From positions 64,001-128,000 of the forward strand of contig CAXXNO010000011.1 in the NCBI GenBank assembly GCA_963663235.2: a stretch of 64,000 bases of DNA, given 5' to 3'. Origin of the DNA: Dehalococcoidia bacterium (GTDB lineage: Bacteria; Chloroflexota; Dehalococcoidia; Bin125). Positions 32,076 through 41,817 of the stretch are shown piece by piece; the stretch's first letter is position 1, and every line of letters starts with the position of its first letter. A program made the position numbers and the translations under genes. The notes below the pieces were generated by a model that had not been told where the DNA came from, made no database searches, and worked only from the letters and a program-made list of their open reading frames with translations.

Positions 32076-32858
32076 CTAGCCCGGGGTGGCGGCGCCGGCC
32101 GTGACGTTGCCTTGGTCCCGGCTCGCCGCGGCCGCCTGCTCGGCAGCGGCCTCATCGGCGCGGGCGCTCTCCCGCACGGCGAAGCCTTCGAGCGCCGCGT
32201 CGGCGATGCGCGTGGTGATCAAGCCGAGGGCGCGGAAGGCGTCGTCGTTGGAGGGGATGGGGTAGGTGATGAGCGTGGGGTCCGCGTTGGTGTCGCAGAC
32301 GGCGACGGTCGGGATGCCGAGCCGGTGCGCTTCCAGCACAGCGATGGTCTCTTTGGGCACGTCGATGATGAAGAGCGCGCCCGGCAAGCGGGACATGTCC
32401 CGCAGGCCGCCGAGATGGCGGCGGAGGCGGAGAAGCTCGACCCGCCGGTGGATCCCTTCGCGTTTCGACAGCAGCTCGAAATCACCGGCCTCCTCCAGGC
32501 GCTCCAAGCGCAGCAGATGCTTGATGCGCGGCTGGATCGTTTGCCAGTTGGTCAGCGTGCCGCCGAGCCAACGGTTGATCACGTAGGGCATCTGGCAGCG
32601 CTGAGCTTCTTTCTCCACGAGCTCTTGCGCCTGCTTCTTGGTGCCAACGAAGAGGACTTCGTCGCCGGCCGCGACGGTATCGCGGACGAAGTCGACGGCC
32701 GAGTCGAGGAGCTTGACCGTTTGCGCCAGATCCAGGATGTGGATGCCATTGCGGGCGCCGAAGATGAAGGGCCGCATCCGGGGATCCCAACGACGGGTTT
32801 GGTGGCCGAAGTGGACTCCGGCCTCCAGCAAGTCCTTCATGGACACCGGCTCAACCAT
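32076..32858 (-). CDS. rpsB: 30S ribosomal protein S2
   Basis: LLEAGVHFGH, RWLGGTLTN, DTN.DP, IPSNDD. Confidence 0.97.
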   Translation of the reverse strand: MVEPVSMKDLLEAGVHFGHQTRRWDPRMRPFIFGARNGIHILDLAQTVKLLDSAVDFVRDTVAAGDEVLFVGTKKQAQELVEKEAQRCQMPYVINRWLGGTLTNWQTIQPRIKHLLRLERLEEAGDFELLSKREGIHRRVELLRLRRHLGGLRDMSRLPGALFIIDVPKETIAVLEAHRLGIPTVAVCDTNADPTLITYPIPSNDDAFRALGLITTRIADAALEGFAVRESARADEAAAEQAAAASRDQGNVTAGAATPG

Positions 32859-32960
32859 CGCACTCCCGTTGGCAAGCCTCAGTGGCGGTCCTGCGCACAC
32901 AAAAACGCGGCCGGCGCCCGACCGCGAAGCTCACGGAGCAGGTCCTCAATCTCAGTGCGC

Positions 32961-32990
32961 AGTATAGGCCGCCCGCCCTGGGGCGAGCAA
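32961..32990 (-). promoter_or_regulatory. Putative rpsB promoter
   Basis: Minus strand TTGCTC, 18 bp, TATACT, leaving a leader of about 95 nt. Confidence 0.5.
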
Positions 32991-33099
32991 CGCAGGCCGC
33001 GGCTGTCTGCCAGGATATTGCTGGCTCAGCGGTCCGCTGATACGCTGCCCAGCCGAGAGTGAGCCAGACCGCTCTGTGGGGCGGCATTGGAGATTCCGG

Positions 33100-33447
33100 G
33101 TGCCACGCTACACGTACGAATGCACGGAGGGGCACGCCTACGAGAAGACTGAAGGCTTCGACGCGCCGGTGCAGCAGCCCTGCCAAGAGTGCGAGGCAGG
33201 GGCGCGGCGGATTCCCACGGCGCCGGCCATCGTTTTCAAGGGCTCCGGCTTCTACAAAACGGATAGCCGCACATCCAGCCACGGTCGGTCCGGCGCTAGC
33301 GGCGATGGCAGCAAACCGAAGTCCGACGAGAGCGGTGAGGGCGCCAAGACGAGCGAGTCCCAGTCCGCAGCCAAGGCGGATGCCAAGCCCGGCGCCAAGT
33401 CCGCGAAGAAATCCGACGACAAATCCACATCCGTGACCAAGTCATAG
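33100..33447 (+). CDS. FmdB-family zinc-ribbon protein
   Basis: MPRYTYEC..GH...C..C...FKGSGFYKTD plus a low-complexity tail. Confidence 0.88.
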   Translation: MPRYTYECTEGHAYEKTEGFDAPVQQPCQECEAGARRIPTAPAIVFKGSGFYKTDSRTSSHGRSGASGDGSKPKSDESGEGAKTSESQSAAKADAKPGAKSAKKSDDKSTSVTKS

Positions 33448-33495
33448 CGTGAACGGCGGCCGCCGCGACGGCCGCCGGGCGCTTGTCTAGCCGCC

Positions 33496-33960
33496 ATGCG
33501 CGTCGTGCTGCAACGAGTGACCGCCGCCACCGTGACGGTCGATGGCGAGGTGGCCGGCGCGATCGGTGTGGGGTTCGTGTCGTTGGTGGGCGTGGCCCGC
33601 GACGATGGCCCCGAGCAGGCCGAAGCGCTGGCGGCGAAGACGGCCGCGCTGCGCCTCTTCGCCGACGCGGCCGGCAAGTTCAATCGCAGTCTCAGCGAGG
33701 TCGGGGGTGCGGTGCTGGTGATCAGCCAGTTCACGCTGCTGGCCAACGTGCGTAAGGGCCGGCGGCCCTCGTTCACGGATGCCGCGCCGCCGGAGACGGC
33801 GGGGCCGCTGGTGGAGCGCTACGCCGAGGCGCTGGAGGCGGCCGGAGTGACGGTGGCGCGCGGCCAGTTCGGGGCGCACATGCTCGTGGAGCTGAGCAAC
33901 GACGGCCCGGTCACGATCGTGATGGACTCCGCCGACCTTGAGGGGCCGCGCAGGAGCTGA
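33496..33960 (+). CDS. dtd: D-aminoacyl-tRNA deacylase
   Basis: [25 protein letters not shown]. Confidence 0.96.
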   Translation: MRVVLQRVTAATVTVDGEVAGAIGVGFVSLVGVARDDGPEQAEALAAKTAALRLFADAAGKFNRSLSEVGGAVLVISQFTLLANVRKGRRPSFTDAAPPETAGPLVERYAEALEAAGVTVARGQFGAHMLVELSNDGPVTIVMDSADLEGPRRS

Positions 33961-33975
33961 GGCCGTCCGCCGCGT

Positions 33976-34866
33976 CTAGAGGTCCGAGCGCTCCGGCTCG
34001 AGATCGAGCGCGATGTCGAGGGCGGGGGCGGAGTGGGTCAGCGCGCCCAGCGAGATGAAGTCGACGCCGGACTCCGCGACCGCAGCGATGTTCTCCAGCG
34101 TGATCCCTCCGCTCGCCTCCGTGAGAGCGCCGCGGGCCTGGGCGCGATACACGCCCGTCGAGAGGTCGCGCTCGCTGAAGTTGTCTAGGAGGACGGCGCG
34201 AGCGCCGGCCTCCAGCGCCTCGTCGAGCTCGTCGAGCGTCCGGACCTCTACCTCGACGGCGGTCGCCGGCCCGGCCGCGGCCAGGGCGGTGCGGACGGCG
34301 TCGGCGAGCGTCTCCCCACGCGCCCGCGCGGCGGCGATGTGGTTGTCTTTGATCAGCATGCCGGCGCTGAGATTGAAGCGGTGGTTGAGGCCGCCGCCGG
34401 CGCGCACGGCGTAGCGCTCCGCGATCCGCAGGCCCGGGCTGGTCTTGCGGGTATCCAAGATCCGGCTTTGCGTGCGGGCGACGCCATGGACGGCCTCCCG
34501 TGTGAGCGTGGCGATGCCGGAGAGCCGCTGGAGGAAGTTCAGGGCCACGCGCTCGCCGCGGAGGATGGGGTGGAGCGGTCCCGCCACGTGGGCGATGGTG
34601 GCGCCCGCCGCGATATCCATCCCATCCATCACCGCCGCCATCCACTGCACCCGCGGCTCGACGACGTGGTACGTCTCCTGCGCGAAGGTGAGTCCGCAGA
34701 TCACCCCCGATTGCTTGGCGATCACCGCGCCGCGCCCCAACTGGTCCGTGGGCACGAGTGCGTTGGTGGTGAGGTCCTGATTCCAACCGTCCTCCTCCAG
34801 CGCGGCCTGGACCAGTGTGCGCAGGGTGATGCGGTCCAAGGGGACGGGATCGAGAGGAAGGGTCAT
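33976..34866 (-). CDS. nadC: Quinolinate phosphoribosyltransferase
   Basis: ERVALNFLQRLSGIAT, DTRKT.PG, LIKDNH, LLDN, EASGG, GALTHS. Confidence 0.95.
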   Translation of the reverse strand: MTLPLDPVPLDRITLRTLVQAALEEDGWNQDLTTNALVPTDQLGRGAVIAKQSGVICGLTFAQETYHVVEPRVQWMAAVMDGMDIAAGATIAHVAGPLHPILRGERVALNFLQRLSGIATLTREAVHGVARTQSRILDTRKTSPGLRIAERYAVRAGGGLNHRFNLSAGMLIKDNHIAAARARGETLADAVRTALAAAGPATAVEVEVRTLDELDEALEAGARAVLLDNFSERDLSTGVYRAQARGALTEASGGITLENIAAVAESGVDFISLGALTHSAPALDIALDLEPERSDL

Positions 34867-35039
34867 GCAGCCGCCTGCTGGTAGGTGAGACGCCGCCTCC
34901 AGGCGGCGGCCGGCGCCGGATAGTCGCTGCGGTAGTGTGCGCCCTGGCTCTCCTCCCGGTCCAGCGCGGCCGCCACAATGAGCCGAGCCACGAGCGCCTT
35001 GTTGGCGAGGGCGGGATCGCTCGCGGGCGGGGAGGGCAT
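34863..35039 (-). pseudogene. nadB: C-terminal remnant of L-aspartate oxidase
   Basis: 58-aa frame ...ANKALVARLIVAAALDREESQGAHYRSDYP..., matching the NadB/SdhA C-terminal REESRGAHxRxDYP motif; its TGA overlaps the nadC ATG. Confidence 0.75.
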
Positions 35040-35209
35040 CGCTCACCTTCCCAGCGCTCGCTTGTGGGCGTCGACTTCGTGTCATCTCGACGCGAAGTCC
35101 TCCGGGTATAGTTGTCGATGGCGCGAGGCGCTGTCAGTGTACATCGCTGCGCGCTCGGCGGAACCGTGGCGTGAGGCGCCGAGCGGAGCCGCTATGATGC
35201 GCTGAGCGA

Positions 35210-36001
35210 ATGAAGGAGAGGCGGACCATGGACTACGAGCACGTCCTGGTGGAGCGTGAGGGCGACTTCATCACCATCACCATGAACCGGCCGGAGCGTC
35301 GGAACGCGCTCTCGCTGGCGCACATGCGAGAGCTGACGCAGGCGTTCCAGGAAGCCGGCGCGGGCGACGCCCGGGGGATCATCCTGGCGGCGAACGGGCC
35401 GGTCTTCTCCTCCGGCCACGACCTCAACGAGTTCGCGGGTGAGAACCTGCCGCATATCCGAAACCTGCTCTGGAGCTCCACCGAACTGCAGACGACGTTG
35501 CAGCGGGTGCCCCAGCCGGTGGTGGCGCGTGTGCACGGCCTGGCGACGGCGGCCGGCTGTCAGCTAGTGGCGAGCGCCGATCTCGCCGTGGCATCGAGCA
35601 ACGCGCGGTTCCAGACGCCGGGCGGCGGCGGCGGCTGGTTTTGCTTCACGCCGATGGTGCCGCTGAGCCGCAACGTGGGGCGGAAGCGGTCGCTGGAGAT
35701 GCTGATGACCGGCGATCCGATCGAGGCGCAGACGGCGTTGGAGTGGGGGCTGGTGAACTACGTCGTGCCGCTGGAAGAGCTGGAGAGCGCGACGCTGGAG
35801 CTGCTGACGCGGGCGACGCGGGGCAGCGCGCTGTCCAAGGCGCTGGGCAAGCACGCCTTTTACGCGCAGATCGATATGGACCAGTCGAAGGCCTACTCGC
35901 ACGCCGTGGAGGTGATGGCGGGGTCCAGCCAGACGCACGACGCGCAGGAGCGGATGCGGTCGTTCCTGGAGAAGCGCGAGGCGGTGTTCCTGAACCGCTA
36001 G
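35210..36001 (+). CDS. Enoyl-CoA hydratase/isomerase family protein
   Basis: NRPERRNAL, FSSGHDL, ATAAGCQL. Confidence 0.9.
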   Translation: MKERRTMDYEHVLVEREGDFITITMNRPERRNALSLAHMRELTQAFQEAGAGDARGIILAANGPVFSSGHDLNEFAGENLPHIRNLLWSSTELQTTLQRVPQPVVARVHGLATAAGCQLVASADLAVASSNARFQTPGGGGGWFCFTPMVPLSRNVGRKRSLEMLMTGDPIEAQTALEWGLVNYVVPLEELESATLELLTRATRGSALSKALGKHAFYAQIDMDQSKAYSHAVEVMAGSSQTHDAQERMRSFLEKREAVFLNR

Positions 36002-36013
36002 CCAGGGAACAGG

Positions 36014-36060
36014 CGGAAGCAAGAACGGCGCGGACAAAGTCCGCGCCGTTCTTGCTTCCG
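36014..36060. terminator. Perfect 22-bp hairpin between convergent genes
   Basis: CGGAAGCAAGAACGGCGCGGAC-AAA-GTCCGCGCCGTTCTTGCTTCCG. Confidence 0.65.
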
Positions 36061-36075
36061 ACCAAGGCGCGCGCG

Positions 36076-36516
36076 CTAGGCGCCGGACGCTTCCGCGCGC
36101 TGCTTCAACGCTTGGTTCATGGCCTCGAAGCCTCGCTTGGTCTGCGCGCCGACCAGGCGTAGCACGAGCCAGACCAGCACGCCGCTGAAGCGTTCAGACT
36201 GGGTGAAGCGGACACGGTCACCATTCAGCGGGTCGATGCGGAAGAGGTGGCGGCCGGAGAAGAGGAGCGGGAAGAGCAGGTGGCCGCGCCAGACCAACTG
36301 GCGGTTGGGATCAACGGAGAGGACGGTGGGGCGAAAGCGCATGGCGCGGCCGCCCTCCGGCTCAGCGCGGACGGTCAGCCGCCGCCCCGGCTCGGCCGTG
36401 CCGCCGATGGAGCGCATGTAGGGGTTCCAGTCGGCGTAGCGGTCGAAGTCCTGGAAGATCTGCCAGACGCGCTCGGCGGGTGCAGTGATCTCGATCTCGG
36501 TGTGAATTTCCGCCAC
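36076..36516 (-). CDS. SRPBCC (polyketide cyclase-like) protein
   Basis: EIHTEIEITAPAERVW...Y.DWNP...GFEAMNQALKQRAE. Confidence 0.85.
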   Translation of the reverse strand: MAEIHTEIEITAPAERVWQIFQDFDRYADWNPYMRSIGGTAEPGRRLTVRAEPEGGRAMRFRPTVLSVDPNRQLVWRGHLLFPLLFSGRHLFRIDPLNGDRVRFTQSERFSGVLVWLVLRLVGAQTKRGFEAMNQALKQRAEASGA

Positions 36517-36587
36517 GACTGCCTCCGGTTCGATGAAGATTCCGAGTGGGAGGATAGCGCCTCCGAGGGAGGCGGTGGAGCGCCGCG

Positions 36588-37247
36588 CTACAACTCCACG
36601 GGCGCGCGGCTGGCGAAGCGGTAGAGACGGGCGGGCCGGTGCGCGCCGCTCTTGGCCGTGCGCTCTGTCTCCACGAGGAGGCGGGAGGCCAGCATGTGGC
36701 GACGGAAGTTCCGCTTGTCCAGGCGACGGCCCAGGATGCTCTCGTACACCGCCTGGAGGTCGGTGAGCGTGAAGAGCTCCGGTAACAGGCTGTAGGCGGC
36801 GTTGGTGTAATCGAGCTTGTTCGTGAGACGCTCGCGAGCCGTCTGGAGGACGCGGTCGTTGTCGAAGGCGAGGACGGGCAGCGCGGACATGGAGAACCAG
36901 GCGGGGCGCCACGCGGGCCGATCGGCGAGGCGGACGCGGGCGTGGTCGACCAGGGCGAAGTAAGTGACCGCGACCGACCCGCCGGGCGTGAAGCGGTCCA
37001 GGTCGCCGAAGGTGTAGAGCTGTTCCAGGAAGACGTCGGTGACGCCGGTCTCTTGGGCGAGCTTGCGGGTGGCGGCGCCGTCGAGCGATTCATCGAGGGC
37101 AAGCGCGCCACCCGGAATGGCCCAGAGCCCGTCTTGCGGCGAAGCGGAGCGCTGGATCAGCAGCACCTGCAGGTTCCCCTGGACGACGGTGAAGATGACG
37201 ACGAGCACCGCCACGGTGCGGCCGGCGGGGTTCGGGCGAGCGGGCAT
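36588..37247 (-). CDS. nrtR: NrtR-type Nudix-wHTH regulator
   Basis: EQLYTFG, LAFD, FTLTDLQ.VYE.IL, DKRNFRR, HRPARLY; near nadC. Confidence 0.85.
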   Translation of the reverse strand: MPARPNPAGRTVAVLVVIFTVVQGNLQVLLIQRSASPQDGLWAIPGGALALDESLDGAATRKLAQETGVTDVFLEQLYTFGDLDRFTPGGSVAVTYFALVDHARVRLADRPAWRPAWFSMSALPVLAFDNDRVLQTARERLTNKLDYTNAAYSLLPELFTLTDLQAVYESILGRRLDKRNFRRHMLASRLLVETERTAKSGAHRPARLYRFASRAPVEL

Positions 37248-37255
37248 GGGGGTCG

Positions 37256-38602
37256 CTAGGGGCCGGATCGTGGCCCGGCCGGCTGGGCGACCGGCTCGCC
37301 CTGCAGGGACCAGGGGCCGGTGCGGGTGATGCGGATGTCGAGCAGGGCGCCGGGAGCGATCGCGCCGGCCGGCGCATCGAAATGGACGAGCTTGCCCGTG
37401 CGGGTGCGGCCGGTCAGGCGCTGGGTGTCCGGCCGATCGCTCGGCTTGCGCTCCGCGACCAGCACGGGCTGCGTGCGGCCGTAGAGCGCGTGGTTGATCT
37501 CCGAGGCGATTGCGGCCTGCAACTGCTCCACCGCCTGGAGACGCTCGGCCTTGACCTCGGGGGGGACGTCGTCGGGCTGCTCGCGGGCGGCGTAGGTTCC
37601 GGGGCGGGGGCTGTAGGCGGCGACGTGGACCTTATCGAAGCGGAGATCGGCCAAGAGGTCGCAGGTGTTGCGGAACTGGGCGTCGGTTTCGCCGGGGAAG
37701 CCGACGATCACGTCGGTGCTGATGCCCACGTCGGGCATCAGCGCGCGCACCCGCTGGATGCGTTCGCGGAACCCGGCGACGGTGTAGCCGCGGCGCATGG
37801 CGGCGAGGATGGCGTCGTCGCCGGACTGGACCGGCAGCGAGAACGCTTCGCAGACCTTGGGCAAGGCGGCCATGCCTTCCAGAATGCGGTCGGTCATATC
37901 GGGCGGGTAGGAAGTGAGGGCCCGGATCCGCCGCAGTCCATCGATCTCGTGCACGGCCGCCATGAGATCGTAGAGGTCAGCGTGGCTGGTGGCGGGGTCG
38001 ACTGGGGGCTGGTCCTTGCCGTAGGCCTCGACGGTTTGGCCCAACAGCGTGACCTCGCGGACGCCGCGGGCGACGTGCGCCTTGACCTCGCGGACCACCT
38101 CCATGATGGGGCGGCTGCGCTCGCGGCCGCGCCTGAGGGGCACGATGCAATAGGTGCAGAACTTGTCGCAGCCCTCGATGATGGGCACGAAGGCGGTGGG
38201 CGTGGGCGCGTCCGGGAAAACGGAGGGCCAAAACTCGCCACCGAGATCGTCGTCCGGGAGGTCCAGGACGGAGATCACGTCGTCGAAGCGCTGGGGCTGC
38301 GCGAAGACATCGACGTAGGGGAACCGCCGGCGCAGGTGGTCGCTCTTGGGTCCGACCATGCAGCCCATCACCGCGATCTTGAGGCGGGGGTTCTGTCGCT
38401 TGAGGTGGGCGATGGCGCCGAGCTTGGAAGCGGCGCGATCCTCCGCGTGCTCGCGCACGGCGCAGGTGTTGAGCACGATGAAGTCGGCGTCGTCGGGCCG
38501 TTCGGTAGGCTCCCAGCCGAGGCGGCGCAGACCGGCGGCGAGCTTGCCGCTATCGGCCTGATTGACCTGGCAGCCCACGGTCCAGATGTGATAGGTGCTC
38601 AT
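37256..38602 (-). CDS. miaB: tRNA methylthiotransferase
   Basis: GCQVN, NTCAVRE, GCDKFCTYCIVP, C-terminal TRAM domain. Confidence 0.93.
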   Translation of the reverse strand: MSTYHIWTVGCQVNQADSGKLAAGLRRLGWEPTERPDDADFIVLNTCAVREHAEDRAASKLGAIAHLKRQNPRLKIAVMGCMVGPKSDHLRRRFPYVDVFAQPQRFDDVISVLDLPDDDLGGEFWPSVFPDAPTPTAFVPIIEGCDKFCTYCIVPLRRGRERSRPIMEVVREVKAHVARGVREVTLLGQTVEAYGKDQPPVDPATSHADLYDLMAAVHEIDGLRRIRALTSYPPDMTDRILEGMAALPKVCEAFSLPVQSGDDAILAAMRRGYTVAGFRERIQRVRALMPDVGISTDVIVGFPGETDAQFRNTCDLLADLRFDKVHVAAYSPRPGTYAAREQPDDVPPEVKAERLQAVEQLQAAIASEINHALYGRTQPVLVAERKPSDRPDTQRLTGRTRTGKLVHFDAPAGAIAPGALLDIRITRTGPWSLQGEPVAQPAGPRSGP

Positions 38603-38657
38603 TCACGGCCTCTCGCCGGCGATGCGCAACTCGGCGTTGCGGATCCATCTATGGTGA

Positions 38658-38748
38658 TGGCGGAGGGTGTGGGATTCGAACCCACGATCGAGTTTCCCCG
38701 AAACCCGCTTAGCAGGCGGGCGCACTAGGCCAACTATGCGAACCCTCC
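38658..38748 (-). tRNA. tRNA-Ser(GCT)
   Basis: GGAGGGTTCGCATAGTTGGCCTAGTGCGCCCGC-CTGCTAA-GCGGG, long variable arm, GGTTCGAATCC, encoded CCA. Confidence 0.95.
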
Positions 38749-38840
38749 GGTCATGCCCGCTTGATCTTAGCAAGAGCACCGAGGACGGTGGCGACTTCGA
38801 GGCCACAGACCCGTTGGCGGGACCGCGTCGGAGGGGTGCG

Positions 38841-39746
38841 ATGCAGCGAGGGCGAATCAGGGTAAGGACGCCGCTGCGAGGGCGACGGCCGGGTCGGGCG
38901 GCGCTGCTGCTGGTCGCTATGGTCCTGCTCGGCGGGCCGGTGCTGGCCGCCTGCGGCGGAGACGGTGACGACGATGCACCGGCAGCGGCCGAGATCATCG
39001 AGCTGGAGACGAGCGACGGACTGCCGTTCGTCGCGGAGGTGCGAGACGGCGGCGGGATCTGGGTGCTGTTTGGCCATCAGTTCACGGGGAACCGTCGACT
39101 GTGGGCCCCGCTGGCCGAGGACTTTCACCAGCGGGGCTACTCGGTCCTGACCTGGGATTTCCGCGGGCACGGCGAAACGCCTGATTTCGAGGACGTGGAG
39201 AAGTTCTCCGCGGCGGAGATCTGGCGGGAGTGGCTGGCGGCGGTGAACTTCGCCGTGGCGGAGGGAGCCACGGCGGTGTACGCGATCGGCGCGAGCATGG
39301 GGGGCACGAGCGCGATGGTCGCGGCATCGATGGACTCGCGCATCGACGGCGTGGCGGCGATCTCCAGCCCCAATCGCTTCAGGGGGCTGGATGCGTTGGA
39401 GAACCTGGACCAGGTCACGGCGCCCAAGCTGTTCATCGCCGGCGAGGGCGACTTGGCGGCGCCCAAGTTCTCGCGCCGCTTCGACGAACAGTCCGTGGGG
39501 CCGCACGAGTTGGTGATCCTGGATACGGACCTGCATGGCAACACGCTGGCGGTGGACGAGGAGTTCGGGCCGATCGTGTTGGACCTGCTGCGGGCCTTCG
39601 TGCCCAGCGAGACGGAGGTGGAGAGGCCGGCGCCGGAGCCGGTCGCCGGCGGGGCGCGTGAGCGGCGGGCCGAGTCCCTAGACGACGCTACTTCATCGTT
39701 GAATGATGTGCCGGGAGCGACGAGCCAGCCTGCCCGGCTGATGTAG
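38841..39746 (+). CDS. Alpha/beta hydrolase lipoprotein
   Basis: Lipobox LAAC, DFRGHGE, GASMG nucleophile, HG. Confidence 0.82.
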   Translation: MQRGRIRVRTPLRGRRPGRAALLLVAMVLLGGPVLAACGGDGDDDAPAAAEIIELETSDGLPFVAEVRDGGGIWVLFGHQFTGNRRLWAPLAEDFHQRGYSVLTWDFRGHGETPDFEDVEKFSAAEIWREWLAAVNFAVAEGATAVYAIGASMGGTSAMVAASMDSRIDGVAAISSPNRFRGLDALENLDQVTAPKLFIAGEGDLAAPKFSRRFDEQSVGPHELVILDTDLHGNTLAVDEEFGPIVLDLLRAFVPSETEVERPAPEPVAGGARERRAESLDDATSSLNDVPGATSQPARLM

Positions 39747-39779
39747 ATCATCGCTGAATCATCATCCCCTTCGGCGGCC

Positions 39780-40324
39780 TTACTGTGCCGAGCGAGTGGT
39801 GACCGCCAGGTGGCGGCCGCGGCTCGGGGGCGGGGGTTTTCTGTCGCCCTTGCGGGTGCGCGGTCCAGATGGGCGGGGCCGCCGGGGCGGGCCGGGGGTG
39901 GGGGCTGGGCGACAGAAAGGGACGGGAGGGGGCCAGCCCGGGGGCGCTCGGTGGACAGATGGCGGCGGGGGCCGGACGGGGAGGCGGACAGGGAGCCGCC
40001 CAGGTCGTCGAGGAGGCGGTCGAGCGCGGAGAGGGCCGGCTGCGCGGCGGTGATCCGGGCCAGGAGTTGTTCGGCGCCCTCCAGGATCTGCCAGGTGGCG
40101 AGGTTCGTTTGGAGGGCGGGGTCTGTCTCCAAGCGATCGAGGCGGCGCAGGTCGCGGGTGACGGTGCGCTCGGAAACGCCGAGCGCGTGGGCGATGCGGC
40201 GTCGGGTCCAGCCGCGGCGGCGGAGGCGGAGGACGCGATCGAGGCGGCGTCGGGTGGGGCGGTGCCGGTACCAGGGCGGCCGGCCGCAGGGCTGGTCGAT
40301 GGTGCTTATAGCGTATGGTAGCAC
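39780..40324 (-). pseudogene. HTH-domain gene with a degenerate 3' part
   Basis: LRRRGWTRRRIAHALGVSERTVTRDL HTH; the frame then runs on antisense into the hydrolase gene, so the end is uncertain. Confidence 0.4.
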
Positions 40325-40495
40325 GCGGATGGGGGGCTTGTGCCTTTGGCATTCCAGCAGGTTTTTAGAACTCCCATTCGAGCACTCTAGTGAGCGATAT
40401 CCGGTACGCTAGCCGCAGACACGGAAAAGCCCCAGCGTTTGGGGGCTCGAATGCGTTCGTCACAAGCGTTAGTGGACAGGTCAGACTCCCGGTAT

Positions 40496-40527
40496 GACGC
40501 CCCTGGACGGTCGCGTCCAGGGGCGTC
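40496..40527. terminator. 14-bp hairpin
   Basis: GACGCCCCTGGACG-GTCG-CGTCCAGGGGCGTC. Confidence 0.45.
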
Positions 40528-40554
40528 GTTGTCCCTGGTGTAGAGGAAGCGACA

Positions 40555-40776
40555 ATGGCTATGAGTGAAGAGCTAAGAATTGCCTACGAAGATGCCGATA
40601 AGAAACACAGGGCTGAGCACGCTCGGCTTTTCCCCGTGCAAACGGTCACTGGCAAGTTGGAACTCAGCCGTCTCGAATCGCCGACGGCGGAAGACTTCGC
40701 GCGCCTTCATGCGCTCCACGAAGAAAGCGAACGTCTGCGTCGCGAATGGTTCAACGCGCCTAATCAGGCCCGCTGA
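40555..40776 (+). CDS. Hypothetical protein in a lower-GC patch
   Basis: 73-aa ORF with AGAGGA upstream; composition differs from neighbouring genes. Confidence 0.5.
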   Translation: MAMSEELRIAYEDADKKHRAEHARLFPVQTVTGKLELSRLESPTAEDFARLHALHEESERLRREWFNAPNQAR

Positions 40777-41111
40777 TCTCAAACTGACCCACTACGTGAC
40801 GGCGCGCTCGTTCGCGACCGGAGCCGGATGGGCACGCGCCGGGCGGCGCGTCCTAGGCTTATTTTGTGACTATCGCCGTACCGCACGTACCGTACAGGGC
40901 CGGCGCATCTGATAATCTGCGGAATTCGAACCTACACAGACGAGGACGAGATGGTCGCATCCGAAGTACGTCCGATGGACCGGGTGATCTGGGTCGGTAG
41001 CAGCAGATGCACTTGCGCCTCGTGATCAAAGAGGAGTCCGTTCGCGCCTTGGCACCGGCATACTTGAGACGTTTGCGCTAGGCTTTCTGCCGGGAAGGAC
41101 AGGTTGCGCCC

Positions 41112-41726
41112 ATGACGAACGCGGAGAACGGCTACCCAGCCCGATTGGCGATTGACTACCCCGATCGGCCTCTGAACCGCTGGAGCACGCTCCTACGGAT
41201 TGTCTACGCCATCCCGATCGTCATCGTGTTGGGGCTCGTGGGCGGGAACGGGGGTGGACGTGGCAGCGGCGGGGGCGCAGGCGGACAGCTGATTCTGGGT
41301 CCGCTGGTGATGATTCTCTTCCGTCGCAAGTACCCCCGCTGGTGGTTCGACTGGAACCTGCAGTTCGTGCGTTTCGTGACCCGTGTCTCCGCCTACCTCC
41401 TCCTCCTCGACGACCGCTATCCGGCTACGGACGCGGATCAGTCGGTGCAGCTGGAGCTGGACTACCCCGACGTGCCGCAGGAGCTCAATCGCTGGCTGCC
41501 GCTGGTGAAGTGGCTCCTGGCCCTCCCGCACTACGTGGTGCTGAGCGTGCTCTTGGTCGTCGTGGCGCTGAGCGTCGTGGCGGCCTGGTTCGCGATCCTG
41601 GCCACGGGGCGCTACCCGCGCGGGCTCTTCGATTTCGTGGTGGGGGGAATGCGCTGGGCGCTGCGCGTGAACGCGTACGCTTTCTTGCTCACGACCGATC
41701 GCTATCCGCCGTTTAGTATAAACTGA
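41112..41726 (+). CDS. DUF4389 membrane protein
   Basis: Two repeats ending YPR..FD...RV.AY..L..DRYP. Confidence 0.85.
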   Translation: MTNAENGYPARLAIDYPDRPLNRWSTLLRIVYAIPIVIVLGLVGGNGGGRGSGGGAGGQLILGPLVMILFRRKYPRWWFDWNLQFVRFVTRVSAYLLLLDDRYPATDADQSVQLELDYPDVPQELNRWLPLVKWLLALPHYVVLSVLLVVVALSVVAAWFAILATGRYPRGLFDFVVGGMRWALRVNAYAFLLTTDRYPPFSIN

Positions 41727-41817
41727 GCGCTGCAGCACGTGGCGTGCGCACCCCTGGACTATCGCCTACCTAGTACGTGCTGTGCGGGGATAGTCGCCGA
41801 CACGCGGGAGAGGAATC

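Noticed and set aside
38658-38748. tRNA-Ser as the integration site for the accessory region
   Set aside because: Its 3' end faces miaB rather than the accessory side; no integrase or duplicated tRNA end was seen.
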